A DNA stretch of 64,000 bases from an uncultured Sphingobacteriales bacterium (GCA_964549595.1 CAZJWK010000001.1:35767-99766), one strand, 5' to 3'. Counted from the stretch's first letter, positions 47,459-58,142 are shown. Numbers and translations: made by a program. Notes: generated from the sequence alone by a model not told the origin.

Positions 47459-48202
47459 ATGAAAGTTACTGCAGAGGATTTAGTCAAAGTGTACAAGAAG
47501 CGGGCGGTAGTAGACCATGTTTCCCTGGAAGTCAATCAATCCGAAATTGTCGGTTTATTAGGGCCGAATGGTGCCGGTAAAACGACCACTTTTTACATGG
47601 TGGTTGGCCTGATAAAACCGGATCAGGGCAAGGTTTTCCTTGATAACCAGGAAATCACCCATGAGCCCATGTACAAAAGGGGTCAGCGAGGCATAGGTTA
47701 TTTGGCGCAGGAAGCTTCTATTTTCCGGAAATTGACGGTAGAAGATAACCTCAAAGCCATTCTCGAAATGCTCGACATATCCAAAGAAGAGCAAAAAAAC
47801 CGGTTAGAGGGCCTGATCGATGAATTCGGATTGAGCCACGTAAGAAACTCAAGGGGCGACCTCGTTTCCGGCGGGGAAAGAAGACGAACGGAGATTGCGA
47901 GAGCCCTGGCTGTTAATCCCTCCTTCATTTTGCTGGATGAGCCTTTTGCCGGGGTCGATCCCATAGCTGTGGAAGACATCCAAGCCATCGTGAGCCGGTT
48001 AAGGACAAAAAATATCGGAATCCTCATAACGGACCATAACGTCCAGGAAACGCTCAGCATTACCGACCGGGCTTATTTGTTGTTTGAAGGTAGGATCCTG
48101 AAGTCAGGGACCGCTGAGGACTTAGCCGAAGACAAGCAGGTACGGCAGGTTTACCTGGGAGAAAACTTTGAATTGAAACCTAAAAAAGGCCAAAAAACCT
48201 AA
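47459..48202 (+). CDS. lptB: LPS export ABC transporter ATP-binding protein
   Basis: Walker A ([11 protein letters not shown]), ABC signature (LSGGERRR), Walker B ([11 protein letters not shown]), 247 aa. It starts 4 nt after recJ. Confidence 0.9.
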   Translation: MKVTAEDLVKVYKKRAVVDHVSLEVNQSEIVGLLGPNGAGKTTTFYMVVGLIKPDQGKVFLDNQEITHEPMYKRGQRGIGYLAQEASIFRKLTVEDNLKAILEMLDISKEEQKNRLEGLIDEFGLSHVRNSRGDLVSGGERRRTEIARALAVNPSFILLDEPFAGVDPIAVEDIQAIVSRLRTKNIGILITDHNVQETLSITDRAYLLFEGRILKSGTAEDLAEDKQVRQVYLGENFELKPKKGQKT

Positions 48203-49299
48203 TTTCCGTGCCCCCTTGCTTCAATGATTAATGTGTCAATCAATTGCCCTTTTTCGACCAAATAAGCCTTGTCAAACAAATTCATGACCGGGCAAGCATG
48301 ATTGGGTAGTATTTGAACCATTTCTCCCACTGAAAAAGCAGTTTCTTTGGGGTCATAAGTAATTACTCCGTGTTCTTCCGACAACCTTTCAAGAAAACCC
48401 TTTTTGGCGTATAGCTTCCCAAAACCCTTTACTTGCTCTTTTCCATGGGCTCCTTGATCAACGGTTAAGCTTTTGCTGCCCGCATCAATCACAGCACGGC
48501 CAGGCTCTGGAATGCTTATAACCGTTGCCAAAACCGTTAAAGCACACGAAGGTTCCCCGGTAGAACCCAAAGCGACCTGGGTGCGGTCATAGAAAATGTA
48601 GTTTCCGACCCGTAGTTCGGATACTTCAGGATTTTTAACAGAAAAAGGGGCCGTAGGCGTTGATCCAACACTGACCTCACCGGATTGCAAACCAGCACCT
48701 TTGATCTGTTGGTCCAAATCTGCCATTTGATCGCCTTCCTGGTTACCAATCCGCTCGACTTCTTTCAGGGAATCGGCTCCATAAGCATGACCTGCATGGG
48801 TCATGAGTCCTACTCTTTGCAAAGCGGGCTTTTCATCAACATAACGAATGAATTCCAAAACATTACGATCCGGTTTCAAGCCTGTACGGGAAAGGCCGGT
48901 GTCTATATCAATCAATACTTTTGCCTTAAAACCACTTTCCTGAAAATAATCATTCAACGCATTCACTCCATCCCTGGAATCCACAGCACAGGTTATCCGG
49001 ATGGATTGATTCAATTCATAGAACCTTTCCAGAGAAATGGGATTGAGCACTTCATTAGCCACCTGGATATCCTTAATACCAGCATCAGCCATAATTTTAG
49101 CCTCATTTAAATTAGCCGTGGCAATGCCTACTGCACCTTTTTGCATCTGTAATAGTGCTAAAGCCGGTGATTTATGGGTCTTCACATGAGGGCGCAAATT
49201 CTTCCCGTTTTGATTTGCCAATGTCTGCATACGATCAAGATTAAGATGCATAGCAGGCCTGTCAATCAAAAGTGCAGGTGTGGGTAGATTCGGTAGCAA
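48199..49299 (-). CDS. Fold-type III PLP enzyme of the D-threonine aldolase / D-serine dehydratase-like (alanine racemase N-domain) family
   Basis: [16 protein letters not shown] ... [14 protein letters not shown] carries the PLP-Lys in a conserved KTHK context, followed by a C-terminal beta-domain. Confidence 0.7.
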   Translation of the reverse strand: MLPNLPTPALLIDRPAMHLNLDRMQTLANQNGKNLRPHVKTHKSPALALLQMQKGAVGIATANLNEAKIMADAGIKDIQVANEVLNPISLERFYELNQSIRITCAVDSRDGVNALNDYFQESGFKAKVLIDIDTGLSRTGLKPDRNVLEFIRYVDEKPALQRVGLMTHAGHAYGADSLKEVERIGNQEGDQMADLDQQIKGAGLQSGEVSVGSTPTAPFSVKNPEVSELRVGNYIFYDRTQVALGSTGEPSCALTVLATVISIPEPGRAVIDAGSKSLTVDQGAHGKEQVKGFGKLYAKKGFLERLSEEHGVITYDPKETAFSVGEMVQILPNHACPVMNLFDKAYLVEKGQLIDTLIIEARGHGN

Positions 49300-49304
49300 T
49301 AACC

Positions 49305-51176
49305 TTACTTTTTAACCACTTTTTTAGTGGCAATCCTTTCTCCTTGATTTCGGACCGCTAACCAATAGATACCATTTGGTAAGGGTGATACGGAAAATTG
49401 AAAGCGGTTTTCACCGGGGCTGGCCAATTGTTTCCGCAGTGTTCGGATTTTTTGCCCCTGGCTATTGAACAATTCGAAACTCAGGTAACGATATTGGTCC
49501 AATTCAAAATTCACTTTGACTTTATCCTGTGCCGGATTGGGATAGGCAGATACATCTTGTTCAAATGATCTGGTATTGCTAATGCCAGCGGATTTCGCAA
49601 TGGCTATTTTGGTAATCCAGGTACCATTGGTGGGTGCATTAAATTGCCCTTCGTATCCATAATAGCCCGCAGCCCAGAATTTTCCTTTACTTTTCCCGTT
49701 TCGCTCCAAACCGGAATAATCCCCCCAACGTTGAGGTTCTTCCAATTGAACATTAACATGGGAACTCCCTTTTTTCAACATTTGAAATGCTGAATATTGG
49801 CCTTCTTTAAAGAAAATGCCTGAATAACCCGCATTTACGCTATCGGAAGTATGGTTTGCGATCATTAGCAGCTTGTTTTCTGATTTGGCATTGCCGGCCC
49901 ATTCCAGGGAAGGATAACCCAACTCCAAGCGCGGGTGATCAAGGATATTAAGTGTTATTTGCGGATTGTTTGGCAAATCCGTAATCTGACCATGATAAAC
50001 CGTAGCACGGTTGTTACGAAAATTAACGGAATTCCCGGCAAAATGAATACGGCCATTTTGAATAAAAGCGCTTAAAATACGGGCATCATTGGTCGCAAAG
50101 GCACCTCCCTTGGGTTGATTCGCCTCCGGAGGAACGCCGTAGGCATTATCGGACTTGATCATATCCACTTCCAAATCCGGGTTGTCATCCTTTTTAGCAG
50201 TTACCCTTAACAGGAAAAACGTATCGGTTTTTTCTGCAAAATTCTTATTGGAAATCAGGTAAATGCCAGGGCCTTTTAAACCCGGTTCACCCTCTACGGG
50301 TGTTAGGTTCCGGATAAAATGGCTTTTGTACTTGATATCACTGTAAAGCCGTGTATCCAACGTATCTCCGCTGTAAGCCTTTTGCTTGTCGATCTGCCAG
50401 ATAATACTTTGCCGGAATCCCTTCTGCCAAGTGGAATCATTGTAGATCAAGTTCACGGTAAGGAATAGTTCATCCTTGGTGAGTGCCATTGCAGGAAAAT
50501 CCGACCAGCTTTTATTGTTCAGGGGATCACCCGGCAGGGCATATAAGTGCCAATTTCCGGTAGGATCATTTGATTGGGAAAATCCCAGTATAATATGGCT
50601 GGTACTGTCCAATCTACCATTTAAGAAAGCAATCACAAATCGGTTTTTACCGGGGTCATAAGCCACCCTTGGATCGTATTTGCGGCCATCAATATTCAGG
50701 GTGTCTGCGAAAGCTTCCAGGGAATGGGCCTCTAATTTTTGACCCGAAGTATCAAAAATGGAAATCCTGGGATTCACAACCGACACGATTTTCCCTTCCG
50801 GAGAAATGGCCAGGTCATTGTCATTGGGGATGCCACCGGACTCATTACCACGGAAACCTTTAACCACCTCAGGCTTTTTACCCGGTTCTTTATCAGCCCG
50901 TTTATGAACCGCATCGAATATTTTGGTTTCCCGGTTGGACTTGATCTGTTTGAGCCTTTCCTGATAAGCTCCACCACCGGGTTTAGGGGCTATTTCGAGT
51001 ACATTGGGAAAAAAGTCCTGTTTTATCTTCCCAAAATTCACTGTTTGGGGAGCGACTTCCCCTATCCCTTCGTGGGATTGATGACCCTGACCGTTTGCCT
51101 GTAAGGCTAAAAATACAAAAATGGACACCCAACAAATGATAAAAAATTTCATAATACCAATCTTTTTAAAGCTCAC
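49305..51176 (-). CDS. T9SS-secreted protein (C-terminal Por sorting domain) with an uncharacterised N-terminal domain
   Basis: It has a signal peptide (MKFFIICWVSIFVFLALQA). The C-terminal roughly 80 aa (SAYPNPAQDKVKVNFEL...LPNGIYWLAVRNQGERIATKKVVK) match a type-A T9SS CTD. Confidence 0.7.
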   Translation of the reverse strand: MSFKKIGIMKFFIICWVSIFVFLALQANGQGHQSHEGIGEVAPQTVNFGKIKQDFFPNVLEIAPKPGGGAYQERLKQIKSNRETKIFDAVHKRADKEPGKKPEVVKGFRGNESGGIPNDNDLAISPEGKIVSVVNPRISIFDTSGQKLEAHSLEAFADTLNIDGRKYDPRVAYDPGKNRFVIAFLNGRLDSTSHIILGFSQSNDPTGNWHLYALPGDPLNNKSWSDFPAMALTKDELFLTVNLIYNDSTWQKGFRQSIIWQIDKQKAYSGDTLDTRLYSDIKYKSHFIRNLTPVEGEPGLKGPGIYLISNKNFAEKTDTFFLLRVTAKKDDNPDLEVDMIKSDNAYGVPPEANQPKGGAFATNDARILSAFIQNGRIHFAGNSVNFRNNRATVYHGQITDLPNNPQITLNILDHPRLELGYPSLEWAGNAKSENKLLMIANHTSDSVNAGYSGIFFKEGQYSAFQMLKKGSSHVNVQLEEPQRWGDYSGLERNGKSKGKFWAAGYYGYEGQFNAPTNGTWITKIAIAKSAGISNTRSFEQDVSAYPNPAQDKVKVNFELDQYRYLSFELFNSQGQKIRTLRKQLASPGENRFQFSVSPLPNGIYWLAVRNQGERIATKKVVKK

Positions 51177-51307
51177 TGCTACACGATATTAACGAAAAAT
51201 GAGCGAAAATGGTTAGCCAAAAGTTCCTAACCGCTTAAATCTTAAAGAATGCTTAAAGCGCCATTGATCAATTCATTCAAAGATTGCTAAATATTCAGAC
51301 CTCATCA

Positions 51308-52675
51308 CTAATGGAGAATTGAATAACGAATACCCAGCATTTTCTCTGTATTTTCCGTAACCTTAAACCTTTCATCAATCCTTGCACCCACTACCCAGGC
51401 AATCTGACCTTTTTTAGTGGCCAAAATTAAGGTCCGGGCTTTTTCCAGGCGAGCAAAATGTTTATCCACAAAAAAATCACTCAGTTTTTTGGGATTTTTC
51501 ATTCCCAGCGGATAAAAGCAATCTCCTTCTTGCCAGGTCCGGAATTTCGGGAAGTTCTCAAATTTATCCCAATCCAGGTAAACCGCATTTTGTGCTTGAA
51601 AATCGGGATTTTCTTTATGGCCAAGCAAGTCTATTTTGAATTCATAGCCACCTATTTGATGGGTTCCCGGAATGGCATCGATCAAATAATCCACCTCGGG
51701 TAAGGGATAAGGGCCAATGATCATCCATTCCCGCCCTACCTCCAATTGGTAATGCTCCGCAAAGAACATTTTCCCGGATTGATCATGCTTTTCCAACCCT
51801 GATTGGATGGCTTTTAATTGATCCGGATTAAAACCCAGGGGATACAAAAAAGCGTGTAAGTAGAGGCGCAAGGGGTATAAAGTCTTCAACCTCTGAAGGG
51901 GTAAATACCAAAAAATACCTTGTTCATGAACCAATTGATGCCAGGCTTTGCGGTATATACTTTCCCAAAAGGCATTTAAGTCACGAAAATGCTGAATGCT
52001 TTCGTAAAGTTTGGATTCAAAAGCGGGATTAAAGGACGCCAATCGAGGTATCACCTCGTGGCGGAGGTAATTGCGTTGGTAATGGGTGGATTGGTTGCTG
52101 ATATCTTCCCGCCACTGGATATTCTGCTCACGGGCATAAGCCATTAAGGTGGCTTTGTCAGCAAATAAAAGGGGCCGTATGGTTTGGCCCTGTTTAGGCA
52201 AAATTCCCTGTAAACCTTTTATTCCGGTACCCCTCGTCAAATTTATTAAAACGGTTTCAATCAGATCATCCCGGTGATGGGCAGTGACAATCCATTGGTA
52301 CCCGTGGGCTTTTCTTAGTTTTTCAAACCAATCATAACGCAATGTTCTGGCAGCCATCTGTAGGGAAATTCCTTTTTCCGCCGCATAAGCCTTAGGCTCA
52401 AAATTTTCCCGGAAAAAAGGGACATTTTGGGAATTAGCCCATTCTTCTACAAGCCCTGAATCGGCTTCTGAAGCCTCACCCCTTAGCTGGAAATTACAAT
52501 GGGCCACTGCCAAACGAAACCCGAGCCGGTTCAGGATGGAAACCAGCACCATAGAGTCCACGCCCCCACTTACTGCCACCAATAACCGATCATCCCATGA
52601 GGACACCAGCCCTTCTGAATGAATAAATGCTTCTGTTTGCCGTGCTAAAGAAGATTCCGATGATGCCATGAGCAA
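51308..52675 (-). CDS. tilS: tRNA(Ile)-lysidine synthetase
   Basis: PP-loop SGGVDS (LLVAVSGGVDSMVL), 455 aa. Confidence 0.9.
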   Translation of the reverse strand: MLMASSESSLARQTEAFIHSEGLVSSWDDRLLVAVSGGVDSMVLVSILNRLGFRLAVAHCNFQLRGEASEADSGLVEEWANSQNVPFFRENFEPKAYAAEKGISLQMAARTLRYDWFEKLRKAHGYQWIVTAHHRDDLIETVLINLTRGTGIKGLQGILPKQGQTIRPLLFADKATLMAYAREQNIQWREDISNQSTHYQRNYLRHEVIPRLASFNPAFESKLYESIQHFRDLNAFWESIYRKAWHQLVHEQGIFWYLPLQRLKTLYPLRLYLHAFLYPLGFNPDQLKAIQSGLEKHDQSGKMFFAEHYQLEVGREWMIIGPYPLPEVDYLIDAIPGTHQIGGYEFKIDLLGHKENPDFQAQNAVYLDWDKFENFPKFRTWQEGDCFYPLGMKNPKKLSDFFVDKHFARLEKARTLILATKKGQIAWVVGARIDERFKVTENTEKMLGIRYSILH

Positions 52676-52737
52676 GCCCGAATTAAAGCCGCCAAACCAA
52701 AGTTAGGGAAACGCTTTGGCATTGAGGTAACAACTTA

Positions 52738-54339
52738 TCAATCCCTGTAAATGAGTAATTCTTGCTTATAGGGATCACAATCCCGGACAAGCTGATTGAA
52801 AAAGTCCATTCCAAAGCGGGTATAGTAGGGTATAAAATTTTCATAACGCTCCTGGCTTATGCCTTCCGGGAACATGGCATCGTAGATTTTATGAATTTGC
52901 TTCAGATCCTTTTCATTCCGGTTTTTAACCAATTTCCGGGTATCCTTCTGCAATTTTTCAATGGCTTTCAAATGGTTTTTAGCCAGGTCAATAATGGGCC
53001 ATTTCATCTCATCATCGTAATCTTCGCAAAGCTTCATCAACGATTCATATTCTTCCCGGAGTACACTAATCTTATCCTCAAAAGGGGTAGTATCTTCTTT
53101 TTGGGCCAGATATTCCCGCACTACCTCCTCCGCTGGCCGGAAAAGGTCTCTGGTTTGCAAACCAAACTTATCCATTTTCTTGCGTATTCCTTTGCCAATC
53201 CACAACACCGATTTCCTAACCAACAATTGGGGGAAAAAAGCCTGATGATGGTTAAAAATGCCTTTTAGCTCAAGCCAATAAGCCACCTCATTGGTTCCTC
53301 CTATGTAAGCCAGATTGGGAAGAATCATTTGCTGGTAAAGCGGTCTGAGCACAACATTAGGGCTGAAGCACTCCGGATTTTCCTTTAGCTTTTCAATCAA
53401 TTCGGTTCGGGAAAAGGATTTATCCGTGTCTAACACCTCGAATCCCTTTCCATTTTGAACAATACGGGCCCTTAAGCCGGGCTCGGCATAGAAAATATTG
53501 ATCGGGCGCGGATTGACAGGCAGGTCATAATCCCCGATTTCCTCTTGCGAAGCCTTCACAATTTTTTCATGGGTCTGATGAATGAGGTCTTCCTCAAAAA
53601 CCGATTTCATGGTGGCTTTTAATCGTTCATCGGAGGGGTCAAGGATGACCAGGCCATAATCGCGGAAAAGTTGATTAAGCCAATATTGACAAGCCCTGGC
53701 ATAGCCGGCAAAATGGGTGAACGCATATTCCCATAGTTGAGCCAGGGGTTCAAATGCTTCTTGCTCCCTGATATCCTCTTTGATGGTTTCAATCACGCTA
53801 TAAAGGGACTCCGGATTAAGCTGACCTACAGGGCCATCATCCGGTTTTTCCCAGGTGTAGGTCTTACCGAATAAATGGACGTGATTGATCTCTTCAAAAT
53901 CATGGTCTTCCGAGCCCATCCAATAAACCGGTACAAAATGACAATTGGGGAAATATTCCTTTAGCTGATTCGCCAGGTGTATGGTTGAGGCGATCTTGTA
54001 AAAATAAAAAAGCGGACCGCCCAGGATATTCAACTGATGACCCGTGGTAACGGTAAATGTATGAGCCCTTTTTAGTGCCCTGATATTGGATGCAACCGGT
54101 TGATTGACACTGGTATTGAAAAATTCAGGATCCACTGCCTGGTACTGATCACCCAAAACCTCTACCAATGCTTCCCGGTCTACCGGATAGTTTTCCCGCC
54201 TTTTAATGGCCTCTTCCATGCCTTTGAGGGTAGGGGGATATTCCTGAAATTTTTGAACTTGATCCTTTTGATGCAGGTAATCTAAAGTAAGGGGACGCTG
54301 GATATTGGTTTCTTCATAAGGTAAACAATGGGGCTCCAT
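52738..54339 (-). CDS. bshC: Bacillithiol biosynthesis cysteine-adding enzyme BshC (YllA family)
   Basis: 533 aa. The N-terminal pattern (LTLDYLHQKDQVQKFQEYPPTLKGMEEAIKRR) and overall length match BshC proteins. Confidence 0.6.
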   Translation of the reverse strand: MEPHCLPYEETNIQRPLTLDYLHQKDQVQKFQEYPPTLKGMEEAIKRRENYPVDREALVEVLGDQYQAVDPEFFNTSVNQPVASNIRALKRAHTFTVTTGHQLNILGGPLFYFYKIASTIHLANQLKEYFPNCHFVPVYWMGSEDHDFEEINHVHLFGKTYTWEKPDDGPVGQLNPESLYSVIETIKEDIREQEAFEPLAQLWEYAFTHFAGYARACQYWLNQLFRDYGLVILDPSDERLKATMKSVFEEDLIHQTHEKIVKASQEEIGDYDLPVNPRPINIFYAEPGLRARIVQNGKGFEVLDTDKSFSRTELIEKLKENPECFSPNVVLRPLYQQMILPNLAYIGGTNEVAYWLELKGIFNHHQAFFPQLLVRKSVLWIGKGIRKKMDKFGLQTRDLFRPAEEVVREYLAQKEDTTPFEDKISVLREEYESLMKLCEDYDDEMKWPIIDLAKNHLKAIEKLQKDTRKLVKNRNEKDLKQIHKIYDAMFPEGISQERYENFIPYYTRFGMDFFNQLVRDCDPYKQELLIYRD

Positions 54340-54412
54340 AAGGAAGATTTTCGGTAATGATAAAAACAGAAAGGACTTAAAAGTTCGATCATACCTGGTA
54401 AAAACCTGTTAA

Positions 54413-55438
54413 TCAAGCAGAGGAAAATTGCTCAGCATTTTCAAAAAGGGATTCGACAAAATGCTTGCGGTCAAAAACACGAAGGTCTTGCATTTTTTCC
54501 CCGATGCCGATGTACTTAATGGGTATCTGGTATTGGTCAATGATTCCTATGACCACGCCTCCTTTGGCCGTTCCATCCAGCTTGGATAAGGTAAGGGTAT
54601 TTACCTCAGTGGTTTCCAGAAATTGGCGGGCTTGCTCGATGGCATTCTGACCCGTGGAAGCATCCAAAACCAGGTTGACCTCCTGAGGGCCATGCGGAAT
54701 CACCTTCTGGACCACCCGCTTGATCTTACCCAATTCCTCCATGAGGTGCTTTTTGTTGTGTAAACGGCCGGCCGTATCAAGGATTACCACATCATAGCCA
54801 TTTGATTGGGCTGAATTTATGGCATCATAAGCCACAGCACCCGGATCAGCACCCATTCCCCGATTGATCATCGGTACGCCAACCCGCTCGGTCCATTCCT
54901 TAAGTTGATCAACCGCGCCGGCCCTGAAAGTATCAGATGCCCCGACCAGGACATTATAGCCGTTTTGCTTGTATTGATGGGCCAATTTACCTATGGTGGT
55001 GGTTTTCCCTACCCCATTGACACCCACAACCATGATTACATAAGGCTTATCCCCTTCCGGTATTTTAAACCCCTCAAAATCATTCTGCTGCCTTTCCAGC
55101 ATAAGGTTTTGAATCTCCTCCCTGAGCATTTGATTGACTTCCTTCGCACTAAAGTATTTGTCCCTGGCAACCCGCTTTTCTAACCTTTCGATAATCTTTA
55201 CAGTCGTATCGGCTCCTACATCAGCAGCCACAAGGATTTCCTCCAGCTCATCCAGCACATCATCGTCTACCTGGGATTTGCCTACTAAGGCTTTACCAAT
55301 GCGGGAAAAAAAACTGGCCTTGGTTTTTTCAAGGCCCTCTTCAAGGGTCTTTTGGGATTGATTATCCTGGGATTCTTGCGGGGAGGGTTTATCTTGTTTC
55401 TGTGATTTTCCGGATTTAAAAGCATCAAAAATTCCCAT
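54413..55438 (-). CDS. ftsY: Signal recognition particle receptor FtsY
   Basis: SRP GTPase with G1 (GVNGVGKTTTIGKLA), G3 (DTAGR), an N-terminal acidic region and an NG domain. Confidence 0.95.
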   Translation of the reverse strand: MGIFDAFKSGKSQKQDKPSPQESQDNQSQKTLEEGLEKTKASFFSRIGKALVGKSQVDDDVLDELEEILVAADVGADTTVKIIERLEKRVARDKYFSAKEVNQMLREEIQNLMLERQQNDFEGFKIPEGDKPYVIMVVGVNGVGKTTTIGKLAHQYKQNGYNVLVGASDTFRAGAVDQLKEWTERVGVPMINRGMGADPGAVAYDAINSAQSNGYDVVILDTAGRLHNKKHLMEELGKIKRVVQKVIPHGPQEVNLVLDASTGQNAIEQARQFLETTEVNTLTLSKLDGTAKGGVVIGIIDQYQIPIKYIGIGEKMQDLRVFDRKHFVESLFENAEQFSSA

Positions 55439-55515
55439 AAATACCTTTCTTTAAACAAAAAAAGCTTCCTAAGCGGAAGCTTTTTAATTTTCCCAACCAA
55501 TTAGCAGAAAAAAGT

Positions 55516-55668
55516 TTACTTTTTCTTTAGGTATTCATTCACCTTTTCTTTGGGCACCATTTCTTCCTTGAAGTTATACCGACCCGTTTCCGGATTTTTA
55601 ACTGAACGAATCAGCTTAACCATATTTTTGGACTCTTTGCCCATTTTGGATACGTTCTTTTTAGCCAT
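55516..55668 (-). CDS. DUF4295-family small basic protein. It is below the ORF-track length cutoff.
   Basis: Hand translation of the minus strand gives MAKKNVSKMGKESKNMVKLIRSVKNPETGRYNFKEEMVPKEKVNEYLKKK. It occupies the conserved slot between rpmG and ftsY. Confidence 0.65.
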   Translation of the reverse strand: MAKKNVSKMGKESKNMVKLIRSVKNPETGRYNFKEEMVPKEKVNEYLKKK

Positions 55669-55672
55669 AGTG

Positions 55673-55861
55673 CTACTTTATTTCCTTGTGAATGGTGTGC
55701 CTTCTCAAATAAGGGTTATATTTTTTCAACTCGAGCTTCTCCGGTGAATTCCTTTTATTTTTGGAAGTATGATAACGGGACATACCCGGAACACCGGAAT
55801 TTTTCTGCTCAGTACATTCCAAAATCACCTGTTTCCTGTCACCTTTTGCTTTACTTGCCAT
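55673..55861 (-). CDS. rpmG: 50S ribosomal protein L33
   Basis: [62 protein letters not shown] is a near-consensus L33. Confidence 0.9.
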   Translation of the reverse strand: MASKAKGDRKQVILECTEQKNSGVPGMSRYHTSKNKRNSPEKLELKKYNPYLRRHTIHKEIK

Positions 55862-55864
55862 GGT

Positions 55865-56104
55865 TTAAAGAATTTTTTTGCCTTGTTTTTCCAAAGCTTT
55901 TATGTACTGATAGATGCCCTTCTTGTTAATGGTTCGAAGGGCTTTATTGGAAACCTTTAACTTGATCCAGCGATTTAACTCCGGGATGAAAAATTTCTTT
56001 TCATGAAGGTTCGGGTTGAATCGCCTCTTGTTCTTCTTATTGGAGTGGGACACGTGGTTACCCACCAATGGTTTTTTCCCTGATAACTCACAAACCTTTG
56101 ACAT
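55865..56104 (-). CDS. rpmB: 50S ribosomal protein L28
   Basis: MSKVCELSGKKPLVGNHVSHSNKKNKRRFNPNL... is the L28 signature. Confidence 0.9.
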   Translation of the reverse strand: MSKVCELSGKKPLVGNHVSHSNKKNKRRFNPNLHEKKFFIPELNRWIKLKVSNKALRTINKKGIYQYIKALEKQGKKIL

Positions 56105-56182
56105 AGCTCTTGATTTTAAGAGTGCAAATATCTAATAAATTGAATGTTTTCCCAAATCTTATTCCGAAGAAGTGTTCGGGAT

Positions 56183-57232
56183 TTACTCTTCTTTGCCTTT
56201 GTTGTTCCGAAAGTTAATGATAGAGAAATTAAGATACCTACCCGGATTTTCATTTAAATCCTTAACCAGGCGGTCAAGTGCCTTGGAGGTAGATTCCAGA
56301 TTCCGGTAAAGCGAATCATTATTGACCAGTTTGGCAGCGGTACCCTGCCCCTTATTGATCTTTTTTATGACCCGGTTAAGGCGGGAAGCAATGCTATCCG
56401 TTTTAGTAAGGGTTTGCTTTATATCGGCCTTAGCAAGGGAATCGGATACGCTGGAAAGGTTCTTAAGGGTATTGTCTATTTCCTTGGTATTCGCTTTCAA
56501 ATTTTCCGTTAGGGTTGCTGTGTTATCCAAAATACGCTGGAAATTTCCTTTTTCTTTCGATATAATGGTATCAATGGATTTTGTGGAGCGGTTAAGACTG
56601 GCAATGGATTGCCTAAAATCCTTCAAACTTTCCTGAAGGTCTTTCTTACCGCCTTCCTGAAAAATATCATTAATGGTTTTAATCATGGTATCCACCCTAC
56701 TGACAATACCAGAATTATTCTTATTATCACTATTTGAAAATTGATTACGCAGTGATTCTGCTAAAGACAAGTTTTTGCCTTTAAGGGTATCACCGGGTTT
56801 AAGAAATCCTTCGGACTTATCCTCCATTAATAATTGAATGGCTTTAGAACCCAATAAACTGGATCTATAAATCTCGGCTTTGCTCCCTTTGGGTATTTTG
56901 ATTTCCTTGTCCGCGGTAAACCTAACCATAAGACCGGATTCCTTTGGCTCTAAAATGTTAATTTCTTTTACCTTCCCAATTTGATACCCTTTTAACATGA
57001 CCGGGTGAGATACTTCCAAACCATTTATCTGCTCGTAACGGGCGTAGTAATGGTTATTTGAGGAAAAAATTTGGCTTCCTGAAATGACACTATAGCCAAA
57101 TACCAAAAGGCCTAATGCTACGATGGTTAATAAACCAATTTTGGTTTCATTTCTAATGGTCAAAATGGAGAAAATTTTTGCAAAATTAGGTACTATTTGA
57201 CAAAATGAAATCCAGGGGTTAAAGAACTTCAA
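56183..57232 (-). CDS. MlaD/MCE-domain protein
   Basis: An N-terminal TM anchor (ETKIGLLTIVALGLLVF) is followed by an MCE domain and a long C-terminal helical region. The start codon is uncertain. Confidence 0.7.
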   Translation of the reverse strand: MKFFNPWISFCQIVPNFAKIFSILTIRNETKIGLLTIVALGLLVFGYSVISGSQIFSSNNHYYARYEQINGLEVSHPVMLKGYQIGKVKEINILEPKESGLMVRFTADKEIKIPKGSKAEIYRSSLLGSKAIQLLMEDKSEGFLKPGDTLKGKNLSLAESLRNQFSNSDNKNNSGIVSRVDTMIKTINDIFQEGGKKDLQESLKDFRQSIASLNRSTKSIDTIISKEKGNFQRILDNTATLTENLKANTKEIDNTLKNLSSVSDSLAKADIKQTLTKTDSIASRLNRVIKKINKGQGTAAKLVNNDSLYRNLESTSKALDRLVKDLNENPGRYLNFSIINFRNNKGKEE

Positions 57233-57295
57233 TCAATGAGGTCAGAATTCGCTATTCACGGGAGAAAAGATTAGACCCCGAACAGGGGTCAGCAC

Positions 57296-58081
57296 CTAAT
57301 TTAATTTTTTATTCATAGCCTCTTTGTAATTCCGGAAAGCCCTGAAAATTCCAGAAGCTATGTACACTTGGCCTTTTTCAGAAGTCAAATACTGGCGTTC
57401 TTTAGGGTTAGTCAAAAAGCCGGCCTCAACAAGAACACTTGGCATTGTAGTTTTCCAAAGCACAACAAAACCGGCCTGTTTCACTCCTCGATTATGCCTG
57501 TTAACCCTTTCATCGAATTGGTGTTGAATATTGGACGCAAGGTTTAAGCTTTGATCCAGGTTATTGTTTTGCTGCAGATTAAATAAAATGTGACTTTCAG
57601 GAGATTTGGGGTCGAAATGCTCATAATTCTCTTCATAGTTTTCTTCCATCAATACCACAGAATTTTCCCGCTTAGCGACTTTTAGGTTTTCTTCAGACTT
57701 GTGTACACCCATGGCAAAGGTTTCTGTTCCATAAACCCGGGCAGAACTAGACGCATTGACATGAAGAGATATAAAAACATCGGCATTATTTCTGTTGGCA
57801 ATTTGGGCGCGTTCATAAAGTTCCAGAAATTTATCTTTTTTACGCGTATAAATGACTTCGACATCATCCAAATGCTCCTTAATAATTTTGCCTAACTTTA
57901 AGCCAATGTCCAGCACAACGTCTTTTTCCATAACGCCCCCGCTTTGGCAACCTGAATCATATCCCCCATGGCCCGGGTCAATCACAACCGTGTCCACCTT
58001 AAGGGTAGGTTCATTTAAAGGCTTAAAGGCACTGAACACAAAAAGGAAAGCCAGAAAAGCAAATAATTTAAACCAATTCAT
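57296..58081 (-). CDS. N-acetylmuramoyl-L-alanine amidase (Amidase_3 family)
   Basis: It has a signal peptide, and VVIDPGHGG...DSG...SLHVNA...GTETF carries the zinc ligands of Amidase_3. Confidence 0.85.
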   Translation of the reverse strand: MNWFKLFAFLAFLFVFSAFKPLNEPTLKVDTVVIDPGHGGYDSGCQSGGVMEKDVVLDIGLKLGKIIKEHLDDVEVIYTRKKDKFLELYERAQIANRNNADVFISLHVNASSSARVYGTETFAMGVHKSEENLKVAKRENSVVLMEENYEENYEHFDPKSPESHILFNLQQNNNLDQSLNLASNIQHQFDERVNRHNRGVKQAGFVVLWKTTMPSVLVEAGFLTNPKERQYLTSEKGQVYIASGIFRAFRNYKEAMNKKLN

Positions 58082-58142
58082 AGTTTATACTTGTTGTCCA
58101 GAACGCTGGTCAGCATATTCAAATTGTGATAAACACTGAGCA

